DNA from: Histomonas meleagridis 2922-C6/04-290x
Taxonomy: Eukaryota; Protista; Parabasalia
NCBI GenBank assembly: GCA_020184695.1
Contig: JAANOX010000205.1
Span: forward strand, 868,001 to 932,000
Length of the DNA stretch: 64,000 nucleotides
Direction: 5' to 3'
Positions 28,834 to 40,198 of this stretch are shown piece after piece (position 1 is the stretch's first letter; the number at the start of each line of letters is the position of its first letter). The notes under the pieces were generated by a model that was not told the DNA's origin, made no database searches, and saw only the letters and a list, made by a program, of their open reading frames with translations. The position numbers and the translations under genes were made by a program.

Positions 28834-31260
28834 TTATGGAGAGAACACTAATTTATCTGTCATATCATTTATTTTATCTAAATTACGCGCTTTTTTACGC
28901 ATCACACAAACTATTGGCGTTGTCACAACAATTGCAACAATAACCACAAGCAACACAATACTTAATATCAAAAAAGGTGTATTAACTACACATTCGAAAT
29001 TATTATTCATTTTTTTGAACATTGAATTACATTTTCCCATTATATTCACTGGTTCTTTTTGGACATTCATTCCGAATAAAATTTCATCTTTATCAGCAGC
29101 ATAAATAATATCATTAGTTGCAAAATAATTCAATGTCACATTTCCAATTTTCTGTAAACATTTCAAATCTGACATCACATAACCGTTCGCTTTAACTTTA
29201 TAATTATAAAATGTTTCATTTTCATTATTATCATATAATGAACTAAATATTCCGTCAACTATAACAGAGTAATTATTTCCGTTCTTTAAATTCGGTGTTT
29301 GGTTAATTCCATTTTCATTATTTCCATTAATTTCATTGATTCGATTTCGGTAAAAGAATTCTTCGCTTCCTTTAATTACTTTTAACTCTTTAAGAAACAA
29401 TTTAAAGATATCTGTTAATGGATCAGAGTAATCATAACGCGTTATGTTACTGAGCATTGTATATCCATCGCCACCTTCAGCTAAGATTGTTACAGTTGCA
29501 AGTGTATAATATTTATCATCAGCAATGTCTTCGATATTTGTTCCATTGGCGTCAACAAGTTTCATTTCTGTGATTCGTGCGCTTTCGTTCCATTGTTTAC
29601 TCATGTCAATGGTATACGTTAACCCGGAAAAAAATGGAAAACATGATAAAAGCGTTTGCTTATATGTACGTGTGCCAAATTGTATAACTTCGCGAAGTTG
29701 TCGGCCACTAATGTTTAAATAGACAATGTTATCATCAAATGGTAATATCTCTAAAACTGTGCCAAATGTCACTGTGCCTTTTGTAATTGAGGAGCGAATG
29801 CCACCGCCGTGAAGTAAGGCAATGTCAATCGCTCGATTTGGTATTGTAAGAATGGACGTTGTAATTAGACTTGCAAGTTGCGAATTACCTAGCATACGTA
29901 GCTCGGTAGTGTTGGCAAGCAAGTCAAGATCGGATTGTGCAATGGATTCGTTGACAATACTTTCAATTTCTTCATTTTTAATTCTTAAGAATTCTGTGAT
30001 TTCTGGATCTGGTTCAATGGTTAACATGTTTTCATATGATATAAGTTTGGACTTTTTACCTACAACTTTATTTGAGACATAATCTATTTGTAAATCAGTA
30101 ATACCTATGTTATTTAAATAACTTCCTGTTTGCACAATGAGCGTTTGGTAATCATTGTTTAGATGAAAAGCTCCATGTTCAAGTTCAGTATGAGAATGTC
30201 CATCAATAATGACATCAATGCCATTGAAATTTTCTGCAAGATAATTAGAATTGAGTTCAAGGTATTCATAACCAAGATGAGAAAGAAGAATTATAACATC
30301 ACAATGTTCTTCTTCTCGAAGGGTTTTTACAACGGATTTTGACACTCCGATCAAATCGCTATCAAACACAACGGTTTTGACGCTTTCTTTGCTGGTTATC
30401 TCAGGAGTATAAGGAGTTGTCAACCCAAAGATTCCAACCTTAACTCCAAATACAGTCTTTGTTGTATATGGCTTGAAGTTAAGAGGATTGACAGTATCAG
30501 TGTCTTTTACATTTGCACATAAAATTGGAATTTGAGAGGCATTTAAATTGACTCGAGCACTATCATACCCAAAATCCCAAAAATGATTTCCAATTGTAAC
30601 AGCATCATATTCTGCTTTGTTAATTGCATTAATGCCATTAATTCCATCTTTTAGATTACAAAGTGGATACCCTGAAATGAAATCACCAGCATCAAAAAAG
30701 AGAACTCCGTACCCATTTTTAAGAGCTTTTTCTTTTTCAGATTTTACATATGATATTGTTCTTGGAAAACCAATAACTCCTTTTTGATCTGATGGATCAA
30801 GTGAACAGTGGATATCATTTGTATGGATTATTTTAATTAATTTATTTTTATTAGTACTAAAAGATCCATGAACAAAAAGTTGTCCTCCATCCTCATTGTT
30901 AACTCTTATTGGTCCCTCTATAATGTTTTCATATTTTGGTAAATATAAATGTACATTTGCCTGTATAATATCAAGTTTTTGTAAAATATCTCCAGATTTT
31001 ACATTAAAAATGTTTAATGTTAATCCACCATCGACACGTAAAGTTCGATATTCAACTGGAAATTGTTTAATTGCTTCGTATGTTGTATTAATTGTGATAT
31101 TATGAAAATCAGAAATCTTACATTTCGAAAATGGTATATCAAACATCTCAATAACTTGATTAATTCCATATTGGTTCTGACAGTATTCGCTAAAATTTTG
31201 GCAATATTGACCATAAACCAACAAGAAGAAAAACATCGAAATACGTTTGCATGTTTTCAT
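28834..31260 (-). CDS. Type I membrane ecto-5'-nucleotidase (UshA/CD73 family)
   Basis: IIHTNDIH, FFDAGDFISG, DAVTIGNHFWDFG, LSHLG, VIIDGHSH, GGIRS, EILPFDD, GGDGY; N-terminal leader and C-terminal TM. ATG candidates at 31260 or 31236. Confidence 0.9.
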   Translation of the reverse strand: MKTCKRISMFFFLLVYGQYCQNFSEYCQNQYGINQVIEMFDIPFSKCKISDFHNITINTTYEAIKQFPVEYRTLRVDGGLTLNIFNVKSGDILQKLDIIQANVHLYLPKYENIIEGPIRVNNEDGGQLFVHGSFSTNKNKLIKIIHTNDIHCSLDPSDQKGVIGFPRTISYVKSEKEKALKNGYGVLFFDAGDFISGYPLCNLKDGINGINAINKAEYDAVTIGNHFWDFGYDSARVNLNASQIPILCANVKDTDTVNPLNFKPYTTKTVFGVKVGIFGLTTPYTPEITSKESVKTVVFDSDLIGVSKSVVKTLREEEHCDVIILLSHLGYEYLELNSNYLAENFNGIDVIIDGHSHTELEHGAFHLNNDYQTLIVQTGSYLNNIGITDLQIDYVSNKVVGKKSKLISYENMLTIEPDPEITEFLRIKNEEIESIVNESIAQSDLDLLANTTELRMLGNSQLASLITTSILTIPNRAIDIALLHGGGIRSSITKGTVTFGTVLEILPFDDNIVYLNISGRQLREVIQFGTRTYKQTLLSCFPFFSGLTYTIDMSKQWNESARITEMKLVDANGTNIEDIADDKYYTLATVTILAEGGDGYTMLSNITRYDYSDPLTDIFKLFLKELKVIKGSEEFFYRNRINEINGNNENGINQTPNLKNGNNYSVIVDGIFSSLYDNNENETFYNYKVKANGYVMSDLKCLQKIGNVTLNYFATNDIIYAADKDEILFGMNVQKEPVNIMGKCNSMFKKMNNNFECVVNTPFLILSIVLLVVIVAIVVTTPIVCVMRKKARNLDKINDMTDKLVFSP

Positions 31261-31462
31261 CGTCTTCGGCTCACAAATATCTCCATTCAAATGGCGGGGC
31301 ACCCCCAGAGAATTAACCGCACGATTGCTTCCGATAGAGCATTGAATGCGTTACGACGAACTTTCAGAGCCTAAAACCGCTTTCTCTTGTCAATTGGCCA
31401 TCGTTGTCAGACATCAAAAAATATCATCGTTGAAGATCTTTATAATTACTTTATTTAAAAAA

Positions 31463-33247
31463 TTAAAGGAATTCTGAAGTTCTTTCTTCGAAAGCAGGTA
31501 AGAACTTAGCTTTATCTGCATCTTCTTCATTCGGCGTCTTCGACTTACTTAACAATTCTCTTTCTTCGGCTAACATTCTCTTTAGATCACCAGGAGTTTT
31601 GGTTAATCCAAAAGATGCAGCCATTTGACCTAAATGTAACTGCGTTTTATCGAATATTTTCCTGGTTTCTTTCCGATGTGATGTATAAGCTTTAATCGTA
31701 GATGCCCAAGCTCTAGCTGCTAAGTTTTCTAATTCTTTGTCGCTTTCTACTGTGGATTCTGTTTCTTTTTTCATTGCTGCAATACACAAACCTTCATCGT
31801 CACCTTGCATGATGGATACCGCGCGTTTTATTAAACGTTTATATGGATATTCTTTTATATCGACTTTTTTGGTTTGAAGTAAATTAATAAAGCCAAGTTC
31901 AAATTCTTGTAAAAACAAATACGCAATTCCATCTTTGCCAATACGTGCTGTTCGACCAACTCGGTGGACATAATCTTCTGTATCGATTGGCGGATCAAAT
32001 TGTATAATTGTGGTAACGTCGGGTATATCAAGTCCTCGAGCTGCAACATCTGTACAGAATAAGATTGCTTTGTTTTCTGTCGTATATTTGCTTATCGTTT
32101 TTGCACGATCTATTTGATCGACATTCCCATGGATACGAAATATTGGGCAATTTAAATATGGTGAGAATGAGCCGATTTCATCATTATCTGTTGATGCATG
32201 AATATCTTGAATCGTTGCTTCTTTTTTGGGTTCTTCTTCATCTTTTTTATTTTCTTCGTTTTCTTCATTTTTTGGCTTTCGTGGTCCTTGTTTTCGTTGA
32301 TGTCTTTCTGCAGGTGTCATGAAATTAAATAAACTGAAAAATGTATAATGAAAATCTACCGATAAGCAATTGTTAATAAAGACAATAGCTTTCATGTTTG
32401 GTATATCAGTGACACATCGAAGAAGAAGTGATGCAAGACTCGTTAGTCGCCATTTCGGCCGAACGACCAAAAACCGCTGCAAAAGTGTCGGAGGAATTGA
32501 GAAGTCTTCGCTTGGAGCCTCGCCAACAGTTACGGGGTTAGTAAGAGATATTTCTGTTAGCTGTTGTAGTTGGCGATGAAGAGTCGCAGAAACCAGGATT
32601 GTTTGTCGTGGTGGGAGAGAATTGATGACTTCTGTAATTGGTTTAAGAAATCCCATATCAAGAAGACGATCAGCTTCATCAAGAACAAGGAATTGAAGGT
32701 GTGGGAATGTAAGGTTTTGCGTGTTTTTAAGATGATATTGTATTCGACCAGGCGTTGTTATAAGAATGTTAATGCCTTTGCGAATACGTTTCTTCTCAGA
32801 TGCAACTTTCTCTCCACCTAAGAGTACACCTGGAGTGATGTATGCCATTTGACTTTTGAATTTATCAACAACAGTAGAAGTTTGAAGACAAAGTTCACGT
32901 GTGGGACAGATAATAACTACAAGAGGGCCCAAAGAACGGTCAATTGGATTTGTGTCACGAGGAAAACGTTGAACTAAGCACTGCATTATCGGAATTAAAT
33001 ATGATAATGTTTTACCACTTCCAGTATCAGCACGCATAAGAACATCTTTCCCCTCAATTATTGGGTGATATGATTCCGCTTGGATTTTTGTGAGTCGTGT
33101 TATTTTCATTTTTTTTTCTAAAACTGAAATTATACGATCTTGTAAATTCAGTGATTGTGGTGTAACATCAGAGAAAAGGTCTTCGTTTATTTCTTCTGTT
33201 GGTTGTTCCTCTTGAGGTGGTTCCCTTACTTTTTTTACTTTCTTCAT
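31463..33247 (-). CDS. DBP7: DEAD-box RNA helicase DBP7/DDX31 (60S biogenesis)
   Basis: DTGSGKT, PTRELC, GGEKVASEKKRIRKGINILITTPGR (DBP7 signature), DEAD, SAT, ARGLD, HRVGRTAR. Confidence 0.88.
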   Translation of the reverse strand: MKKVKKVREPPQEEQPTEEINEDLFSDVTPQSLNLQDRIISVLEKKMKITRLTKIQAESYHPIIEGKDVLMRADTGSGKTLSYLIPIMQCLVQRFPRDTNPIDRSLGPLVVIICPTRELCLQTSTVVDKFKSQMAYITPGVLLGGEKVASEKKRIRKGINILITTPGRIQYHLKNTQNLTFPHLQFLVLDEADRLLDMGFLKPITEVINSLPPRQTILVSATLHRQLQQLTEISLTNPVTVGEAPSEDFSIPPTLLQRFLVVRPKWRLTSLASLLLRCVTDIPNMKAIVFINNCLSVDFHYTFFSLFNFMTPAERHQRKQGPRKPKNEENEENKKDEEEPKKEATIQDIHASTDNDEIGSFSPYLNCPIFRIHGNVDQIDRAKTISKYTTENKAILFCTDVAARGLDIPDVTTIIQFDPPIDTEDYVHRVGRTARIGKDGIAYLFLQEFELGFINLLQTKKVDIKEYPYKRLIKRAVSIMQGDDEGLCIAAMKKETESTVESDKELENLAARAWASTIKAYTSHRKETRKIFDKTQLHLGQMAASFGLTKTPGDLKRMLAEERELLSKSKTPNEEDADKAKFLPAFEERTSEFL

Positions 33248-33949
33248 GGGTCTGTTTCTTTGGTCTTCCTTTTTTTACAAACTTTGTTCGAATTGAAAAA
33301 AATGGAAGAAAAATCCTGATTGTTAAATCTAAATGAAATAAATGATTGTGGAGAAACACATTGACTTGTAAGCATGCTTGATCATGTTGAATTATATTAA
33401 TCTTGAAAAATTATGTTGGAACATATTGGGATTTTGTTCTGATTCCAAGAAATTAAGTGCAAAAATTGATGGATTATAGATTTTAAATTTAAATTTAATG
33501 AAAAGGAATTTTGAAAGATTCTATCTAAAAGGAAATTGACTGACAATTCAATTTACTTTAAACTACTTAGTGTTTAGGGGTCCCGTGAATTGGTAATCAT
33601 TTCCATTATCTCAGTTTATGATGGAAAAAAATGTTTTATATGTTTCCAAATCGTCAGTATTGACAGAGTTTGTCTAAATTTTTTTTGTTCTATGACGAAA
33701 TGTAATCACATGTCGCATATATCATTCAAAAAATGAATTGTATGCTTTACATATATCATACGTGTTTACGATCGTAAACAACACAAAAAGTGGAACATAT
33801 CAAAAGATCATTTTCCGACCGTTAATGAATATTTTAATTAAAACTCAGGAAATAAATCGATAAAATTTTCTACATCAAAAATGAAAAAATGAACAACATT
33901 TTAATGGATAAGAATAAAGAAATATAAAGAATAATTTAAAATATAGAAT

Positions 33950-34695
33950 CACATCTCAATTGCTATCAAAGATTAAAATTATATCTCAAGAACAAATTAG
34001 TAACTGCCCAATACTGAAATCACTTCTCTATTGATATCAAGAATAGTATTCAGCGAGAAAAAAGATATAATGATTTTCGAAAGACAATGCGATAAAGTAT
34101 TTGAACCTGTTCAAAAAGTCCTATCGTAAACAAACCTTTTCAATCCATACCGATCACAGCCCCTGAGATTGAACCAAAAAACATTAAAAAAGTGACTATT
34201 ATTAAAAATGAATGGTTTACAATAAAATATTCAAAAAGTAGGAATATTTTGACATACTCCACATATTGAATTGACGATGATCGTCTCTCTATTTGGCAAA
34301 ATATTCAAAAAGTGGAATAACCCTAAAAAATTAGCATGATCATGTCAGGTCGGAACTCCCAGAATTTAATTCAATTTGGCCGATTTTACATTTGAAAGCT
34401 TATTTGCTGTAAATTGAATGAAGACATTTGAACTATTTCAATTTTTTGAATAGGGAGATAGCATTTGAGCTTTATTATTGGCCACCAAACTCTTCATTTT
34501 ATTTTAGGAATGTCCGAAACTAATTGCTTGATCAACAACCAAAGATTGAACCCTGTTGAAGCACCATCATATGAACAAAAGGAAAGTTTCTTGGGTTATG
34601 GAATTGATACATTTGTACCAAACATTTCTCAACCACAAATTGTCCAAAATATTACAGAAGAATACTATAATGCAGATAGAGAATACAGCGCTTAG
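33950..34695 (+). pseudogene. Possible decayed ORF of unknown origin
   Basis: One frame from about 33950 to 34695 reads protein-like with about 10 stops and ends in the 76-codon track ORF; no family recognised. Confidence 0.3.
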
Positions 34696-35052
34696 GATCA
34701 TAAAATAACTAAATAAAAATAGAACTAAAATTTTCGAAAATTTAAAATCAATTTTCATTGACAAGTTCGAATTAAACTGAATTTTTTGTACTCACTATGT
34801 TGCCATATAATGCTTTTGGGTTATTAAAATTTGGTTTTAATATAATTTTTTTCAATAATTTTTTTAAAAAAAGATTTCAAACTACATGTTTTTTTGCTTA
34901 TTCTCTTATGGGGTTGAATCTTTTTTATAGATAAGTTAGGCTGCCTGCAGAACAGCGTTGATTTAAAAGGATTTGCTCTATGTTTTATGTGGACAAGTGA
35001 TATGAAAATTCATTATGATTTGTGAATATTAACGTACAGCAAGAAATTGGGC

Positions 35053-36429
35053 ATGCTTCTCAAAAGGAAAAAACATGATATTTTCCATGCTGTTAAAGCT
35101 TTGACCACACATTACAATGCTGCTACGAGAGCAACAGAAGAAAATTGTATTAATAACTTTCAAAAATTGCAATCTAATGATATCAGCTTACAATGCGATG
35201 CAATAACATTTTTTAAGAATAACATTATATCAGCAAATTCCCAAGTTGTAAAAACAATTCTTTTAATTGGCAATTCATATGATTTTGACTTACTTGATTG
35301 TATTTGTCCATTTTTTTTGGAATTAACAAGCTACCCTAACTTTGTAAAAACTTGTACTTATGCACAAGACATTATTGGTTTCTTCATTTCACTTATTCAA
35401 AAATCAAAAGAAAATCAATTCATTTTAGATTCATTCACTATCATTTCTAATTTTACAAAATATTCTGCTGGTGTTGCAGAGGCATTATTTGGGATAAATT
35501 TCATCAACTTTTCATTTACAATTCTTGGTACACTTTTGAAAAGTCTTCCAACAGCAGAAGATGATGATGTTCAATTTTTTGATCATTTATATTTAATAGA
35601 GGAAATACTCAAATTATTTTCAACTATTTTCATTTATCCAAATCTCGTAACAGAAGAATTTGCAACCAATGTTTTTTCATCTTATAATGCCTTATTAAAT
35701 ATTTCTAATATATCTCAACATTCAATTACAATCAAAGGGTTTGTTATTGAAAATCTTTATTGGCCATGTATTAATGGACCTGATATTTCAATAAAACAAA
35801 TAATTACTCCACAATTCTTTGAATCAATTCTAATTCTTTTGAAATTAAAAAATGATCCAATGACTGAAAGTGTATTTTCAACAATTTTTAAGATTACATC
35901 ACATTCAGATGAGTTTTCTCATTGTTTTGTTCAAACGAATTTTCTATCAGTTGTTAATGAATTCACATCTTGGAATGCTAAAATAGTTCTTAATTTCTGT
36001 CAAATACTTCATAATTTTGCCGCATGCGAAGACAAAAGAGTTGTTGATGCTTTACTTGATCCCTTAATTATCAATTTTCTTAAAATAGCTAAAAATAATG
36101 GAACGTATGCTATACAAAAAGAAGTAATTTTGATTGTTTGTTATATTGTTAATATCAACGAATTAAAATACACCAATTTTGTATACAATAATATGTTAGA
36201 TATTTTTGAAAACATTGCTGATTTTATAACAAATGATGATCCTCAATTTATTTTTAGTTTATTAATCACAATATGTATTTTCTTAAATACAGCTGGTGTC
36301 AACGAAGGTTTTATCACCTTAATCAATAATACTGATTTTGAAAATGCAATTAGTGAATTAACTAGTGATCAAGACCAAGACATTGCGAAATTATCTGCTG
36401 ATGTTCTTACTTTTTTTGATAAAATCTAG
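35053..36429 (+). CDS. ARM-repeat protein (importin-alpha-like)
   Basis: Helical repeats; ends IQKEVILIVCYI...LTSDQDQDIAKLS; first ATG is at 35053. Confidence 0.7.
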   Translation: MLLKRKKHDIFHAVKALTTHYNAATRATEENCINNFQKLQSNDISLQCDAITFFKNNIISANSQVVKTILLIGNSYDFDLLDCICPFFLELTSYPNFVKTCTYAQDIIGFFISLIQKSKENQFILDSFTIISNFTKYSAGVAEALFGINFINFSFTILGTLLKSLPTAEDDDVQFFDHLYLIEEILKLFSTIFIYPNLVTEEFATNVFSSYNALLNISNISQHSITIKGFVIENLYWPCINGPDISIKQIITPQFFESILILLKLKNDPMTESVFSTIFKITSHSDEFSHCFVQTNFLSVVNEFTSWNAKIVLNFCQILHNFAACEDKRVVDALLDPLIINFLKIAKNNGTYAIQKEVILIVCYIVNINELKYTNFVYNNMLDIFENIADFITNDDPQFIFSLLITICIFLNTAGVNEGFITLINNTDFENAISELTSDQDQDIAKLSADVLTFFDKI

Positions 36430-36524
36430 AATAAAATTGTTTAAATTTCATTTTTTTTAAGTTTTTTCTGAACATTACATAAAACTAACAGTACGATAGA
36501 AAAACTTTAAATTTTTATCTTTAT

Positions 36525-37526
36525 TTATATATTTCCAAACATTTGATACTGTCGAAACAAATTTTTGATTGATTCACTAATAGTAAAATCATTTTGCGCA
36601 TTAATTCCTTTGTTATTATTTTCGTTTTTCATAATTTTTTCTTCTTTATTAGAAAATGTATTTTCATCTAATTCATTAACTTCTTTTATTCCATTTGTAC
36701 TTAATTCGTTATCTTCTTTTGTATGTTTGATAACATTTACAACTAATTCGTTGTCTGCTTTTGCTTCTTCGCCATCATTTTCATCTAATTCGTCTTCTTC
36801 AATTATGTAATCCATGATATTTGTATCTAAGCTATTTTTCTTTTGAAGTCCTTTCTTTCTAAAGTCTCTCATACTCAATAATCGAGTGACATTTGGTGAT
36901 GGGTCTGTGCATATTTTCGGTGTTTTAATAAGAAGAAGTTGTCTTTCAATTTCAGTTTTTAAATTGATGTTTCTTCTTCCTAAGGATGGGACTTCACTGT
37001 TGATGTAATACTGCAAAGTTTCGTTCCCAATTTTTATGATTGAACGTGAAATTTTGGGTGGATCAAAACGGAAATCTTTGATTTCAACAGGAAAAATTCC
37101 ATCACTACATGTAAAAATGCCCGTTTTTTGAATTAAACAATAAAGTTCTTTTGATAATTGCCCATTTTCGAGTGATTGTATAATGGATTGAACTTCTAAT
37201 AAATTTTCATAAGAAAATTCAAATTTAGCTTCATAATCACCAGTATACAAAATAAACCCCATTTTATGGAATTCAAATATTAATGATGGTTTAAAAACAT
37301 CCAGTTTCATTCGATCAACTGAAATGATTTCAAATCTATTATCTTTTACTGTTCCTAGGAAGTAAGAAGAATAGTGTAATACTTTGGAAAGAACTTCCTT
37401 GTCATATTCCATGGAGGGCTGTAATTTATGAGATAATATTAATTCGATTATTTTAAGTTCGAAAAATTTGAAATGTTCTCTGAAATCATTGTTTGAAGTT
37501 TGGCTTTGGTTTTGCTTTTTCCTCAT
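36525..37526 (-). CDS. SPT20: Spt20 (SAGA complex) family protein
   Basis: DGIFPVEIKDFR and EIERQLLLIKTPKICTDPSPNV match the Spt20 domain pattern; first ATG is at 37526. Confidence 0.72.
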   Translation of the reverse strand: MRKKQNQSQTSNNDFREHFKFFELKIIELILSHKLQPSMEYDKEVLSKVLHYSSYFLGTVKDNRFEIISVDRMKLDVFKPSLIFEFHKMGFILYTGDYEAKFEFSYENLLEVQSIIQSLENGQLSKELYCLIQKTGIFTCSDGIFPVEIKDFRFDPPKISRSIIKIGNETLQYYINSEVPSLGRRNINLKTEIERQLLLIKTPKICTDPSPNVTRLLSMRDFRKKGLQKKNSLDTNIMDYIIEEDELDENDGEEAKADNELVVNVIKHTKEDNELSTNGIKEVNELDENTFSNKEEKIMKNENNNKGINAQNDFTISESIKNLFRQYQMFGNI

Positions 37527-38061
37527 TTGGTTTTCTGTTATTTCAACAGAAAATTCCTCCAAAGCCTTTGTTCAAGTAACCGCTCTATCGGTTTGTATAA
37601 TTAAATTCAATAACCGTAAAAGTGCCGTTATCATCTTAATTTTTGATTTGCAAAAATATTTTTGTTATCCAATTAATGCTTCTATGAAAACGCTAAATAA
37701 TAATGATATAACACCTTAAAATTATTAGTTCTTATAAAGAACTTTCAAAGAATGATAGTAACCATAGAAATAGATTAAAGAAGGAGCTATTCCAAATGAA
37801 ATTGCGATGATATAGTTAAACCACTTAATGAACAAAAAAGTACAGATATTAACATTAATGCTAAAATATTTATTAGTTTTGTTTGCATTTGTGAAAACAT
37901 TAATTAATAAATATTTATTTATTAAAGTTTTAAGTAACTTTTAATCTTTACCAGGTTAAAAGTCAAACCAAATTACATGTTAAAATCATCAAATTTTATA
38001 TCGATATTGTTTATTATAATAATCATTTGATTTTCAAGTTTTTCAAACATTCTACATGAAT

Positions 38062-39402
38062 TTATATAAGCAATTTATTAATAATACTAATAAAATATTT
38101 ACATTTTTCAGCAAAATCTTTTGAATATGATTCAACAGCTTGTGACGAGAGATATTCCATAATTTCTTGTTTACTTATGCAATTCCAAAACAAATTTATA
38201 TCTAATGTCTCGAAATATAAAAAAATATTTATAATTCCATCCAAAAAAACCAAATTAATTTTTTCGTCATCATTAAATTGCATTGTTTCAAACAATTGAT
38301 ATATCAAATTATGATTTATCAAATTCTCCATTTGACTTTGATTTGCATTTTGTATTAAAATCGAATATATTAACAAAGAATTTATTACTAATGAAGAAGT
38401 ACCAAATTCAACACATTTATCCAAAAAATCGCAAATATTATAATGATAAATTTGTTGTAATGAAATTGGACATTCTTCAATATATACCAACAAAAGCCAA
38501 ACAGCTGTTTCTCTAATTTTATCACTTTCGGAATATTGTAATATTTTATTAATATCAAAAATCGGTGTTTTAGGATATTCTTGTTGAAGGATTTCTCCAT
38601 AAATTGTTAATAATGTAATTATTACTGACGATGGTAAATTTTGTTGCAATGCTTCGAAAATAGGAACAATTCCTGAGTAATAAATAACATTTATACTATT
38701 AAATGAATATCTTCTATAATTAGAAATTGAATGAAAGGCTTCTTCTATTATAGAATGTTCATCACAAGTTTGAAGTATTGTTTTATGTATTTGAATGATT
38801 TCATTACCTTTTTCATCAGAAAGTGGATGAAGACAATAACTAGAAATAATGGATAGTCCTAAAATTTGTAGATTTATATCTAAGTCTTGAATAAAATTAA
38901 ATATATCAGTTGGTGAAAACATTGTATATATAAATTCAGAGTTTTCCATAGATCGAGATACCAAATTTCGAATGATTTTTAATGGATATAAAAGAATAAC
39001 TTTTTCATGAATAAAAGAAAATATATTAGATAATAATTCTTGTTGACATGAGATGTTAATAATGGCTGTTTTGGTAATTTTGGAAAGAATTTGTAATAAG
39101 TTAAATGCGATCGTTTTTTCTTTTATTGAAAATATATATAAAAATGCTTGAATCAAAATATCGAAATAATTTTTAATCTGATATTTATTAAGTGAATTTA
39201 ATAAATGTATTAAACAATCATTTAGAATTTGAATATCATGCTCTTCAAATGAATCAATAAGATCTTGATTATAATCTTGAATCATATTTTCACTCATTGA
39301 TATTTTATCTTTTCTTCTTTTGCTATAATTTGTTAATAATGAATCATTAAGTTTATTAATTCCATTAGATGAGTTAAGTTTATCAATTTCATCTCTCAAC
39401 AT
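38062..39402 (-). CDS. ARM-repeat protein
   Basis: 446 aa ORF with helical repeats such as IIEEAFHSISNY and IRETAVWLL. Confidence 0.65.
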   Translation of the reverse strand: MLRDEIDKLNSSNGINKLNDSLLTNYSKRRKDKISMSENMIQDYNQDLIDSFEEHDIQILNDCLIHLLNSLNKYQIKNYFDILIQAFLYIFSIKEKTIAFNLLQILSKITKTAIINISCQQELLSNIFSFIHEKVILLYPLKIIRNLVSRSMENSEFIYTMFSPTDIFNFIQDLDINLQILGLSIISSYCLHPLSDEKGNEIIQIHKTILQTCDEHSIIEEAFHSISNYRRYSFNSINVIYYSGIVPIFEALQQNLPSSVIITLLTIYGEILQQEYPKTPIFDINKILQYSESDKIRETAVWLLLVYIEECPISLQQIYHYNICDFLDKCVEFGTSSLVINSLLIYSILIQNANQSQMENLINHNLIYQLFETMQFNDDEKINLVFLDGIINIFLYFETLDINLFWNCISKQEIMEYLSSQAVESYSKDFAEKCKYFISIINKLLI

Positions 39403-39445
39403 ATGAAAAATTCACACATACTGTCAAAAATTTGGCTAGACAAAA

Positions 39446-40198
39446 ATGGCTGAAGATACACCAATAAAAATAAAGATAAAAATTCTTGGAAGTGAAGAAG
39501 AACATGAACTTGAAGTACAGCCTAGCTTAAAAATAGAAGCTTTAAAAGAACTAATTCATGGTTTTTATAATTCATCAGAAAATCTTAGATTAATTTTTCG
39601 TGGACATTCCCTAAAAAATGGTGAAACATTAGCATTTCATCACATAGAAGATGGTCACACAATTATTGTTGTGCCATCACGAAAACCAGAATCTGCACAA
39701 AATTCTGAACCACCTCCACCAGTTCAGCCACAAAATCCCAATGAGATTCCCCAAACCCCATCACTTCCTCCTATTGCGCCAGATCCTATATGTCATTGCA
39801 AAAAAGATATGAGTATTTTTCAGCAATCATTTGCAGTTCTAAATGAATCTGCAACAAAATTGCAAGCCTCTTTTCTATCTGGTGATCCAGAAACCATTTC
39901 TAATTGTATCACAGAATATGTTCAACTTAATGATCAAATTTTTCCACAAATCACACCATTAATCGACAATATCAAAACCAAAAGATTTATCTTTAATAAC
40001 AACAGAATCGAACTCGATCCCAATTATCGTCCTAATATGGATACACAACGTAAGCCAATTAAAGCAGATATTCTCACACAAGAAGACAAAGACGAAATTA
40101 GAAGACACATTTCACAACTGGAATCATATATTTCAAGCAACACACTTTACGAATCATATCGAACAAGCAATCTTTATAATGCAATAAACTTTGAATGA
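39446..40198 (+). CDS. Ubiquitin-like domain protein (BAG6/ubiquilin-type N-terminal UBL)
   Basis: IKIK...ELEVQPSLKIEALKELI...LRLIFRGHSLKNGETLAFHHIEDGHTIIVV followed by a Pro-rich linker. Confidence 0.85.
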   Translation: MAEDTPIKIKIKILGSEEEHELEVQPSLKIEALKELIHGFYNSSENLRLIFRGHSLKNGETLAFHHIEDGHTIIVVPSRKPESAQNSEPPPPVQPQNPNEIPQTPSLPPIAPDPICHCKKDMSIFQQSFAVLNESATKLQASFLSGDPETISNCITEYVQLNDQIFPQITPLIDNIKTKRFIFNNNRIELDPNYRPNMDTQRKPIKADILTQEDKDEIRRHISQLESYISSNTLYESYRTSNLYNAINFE

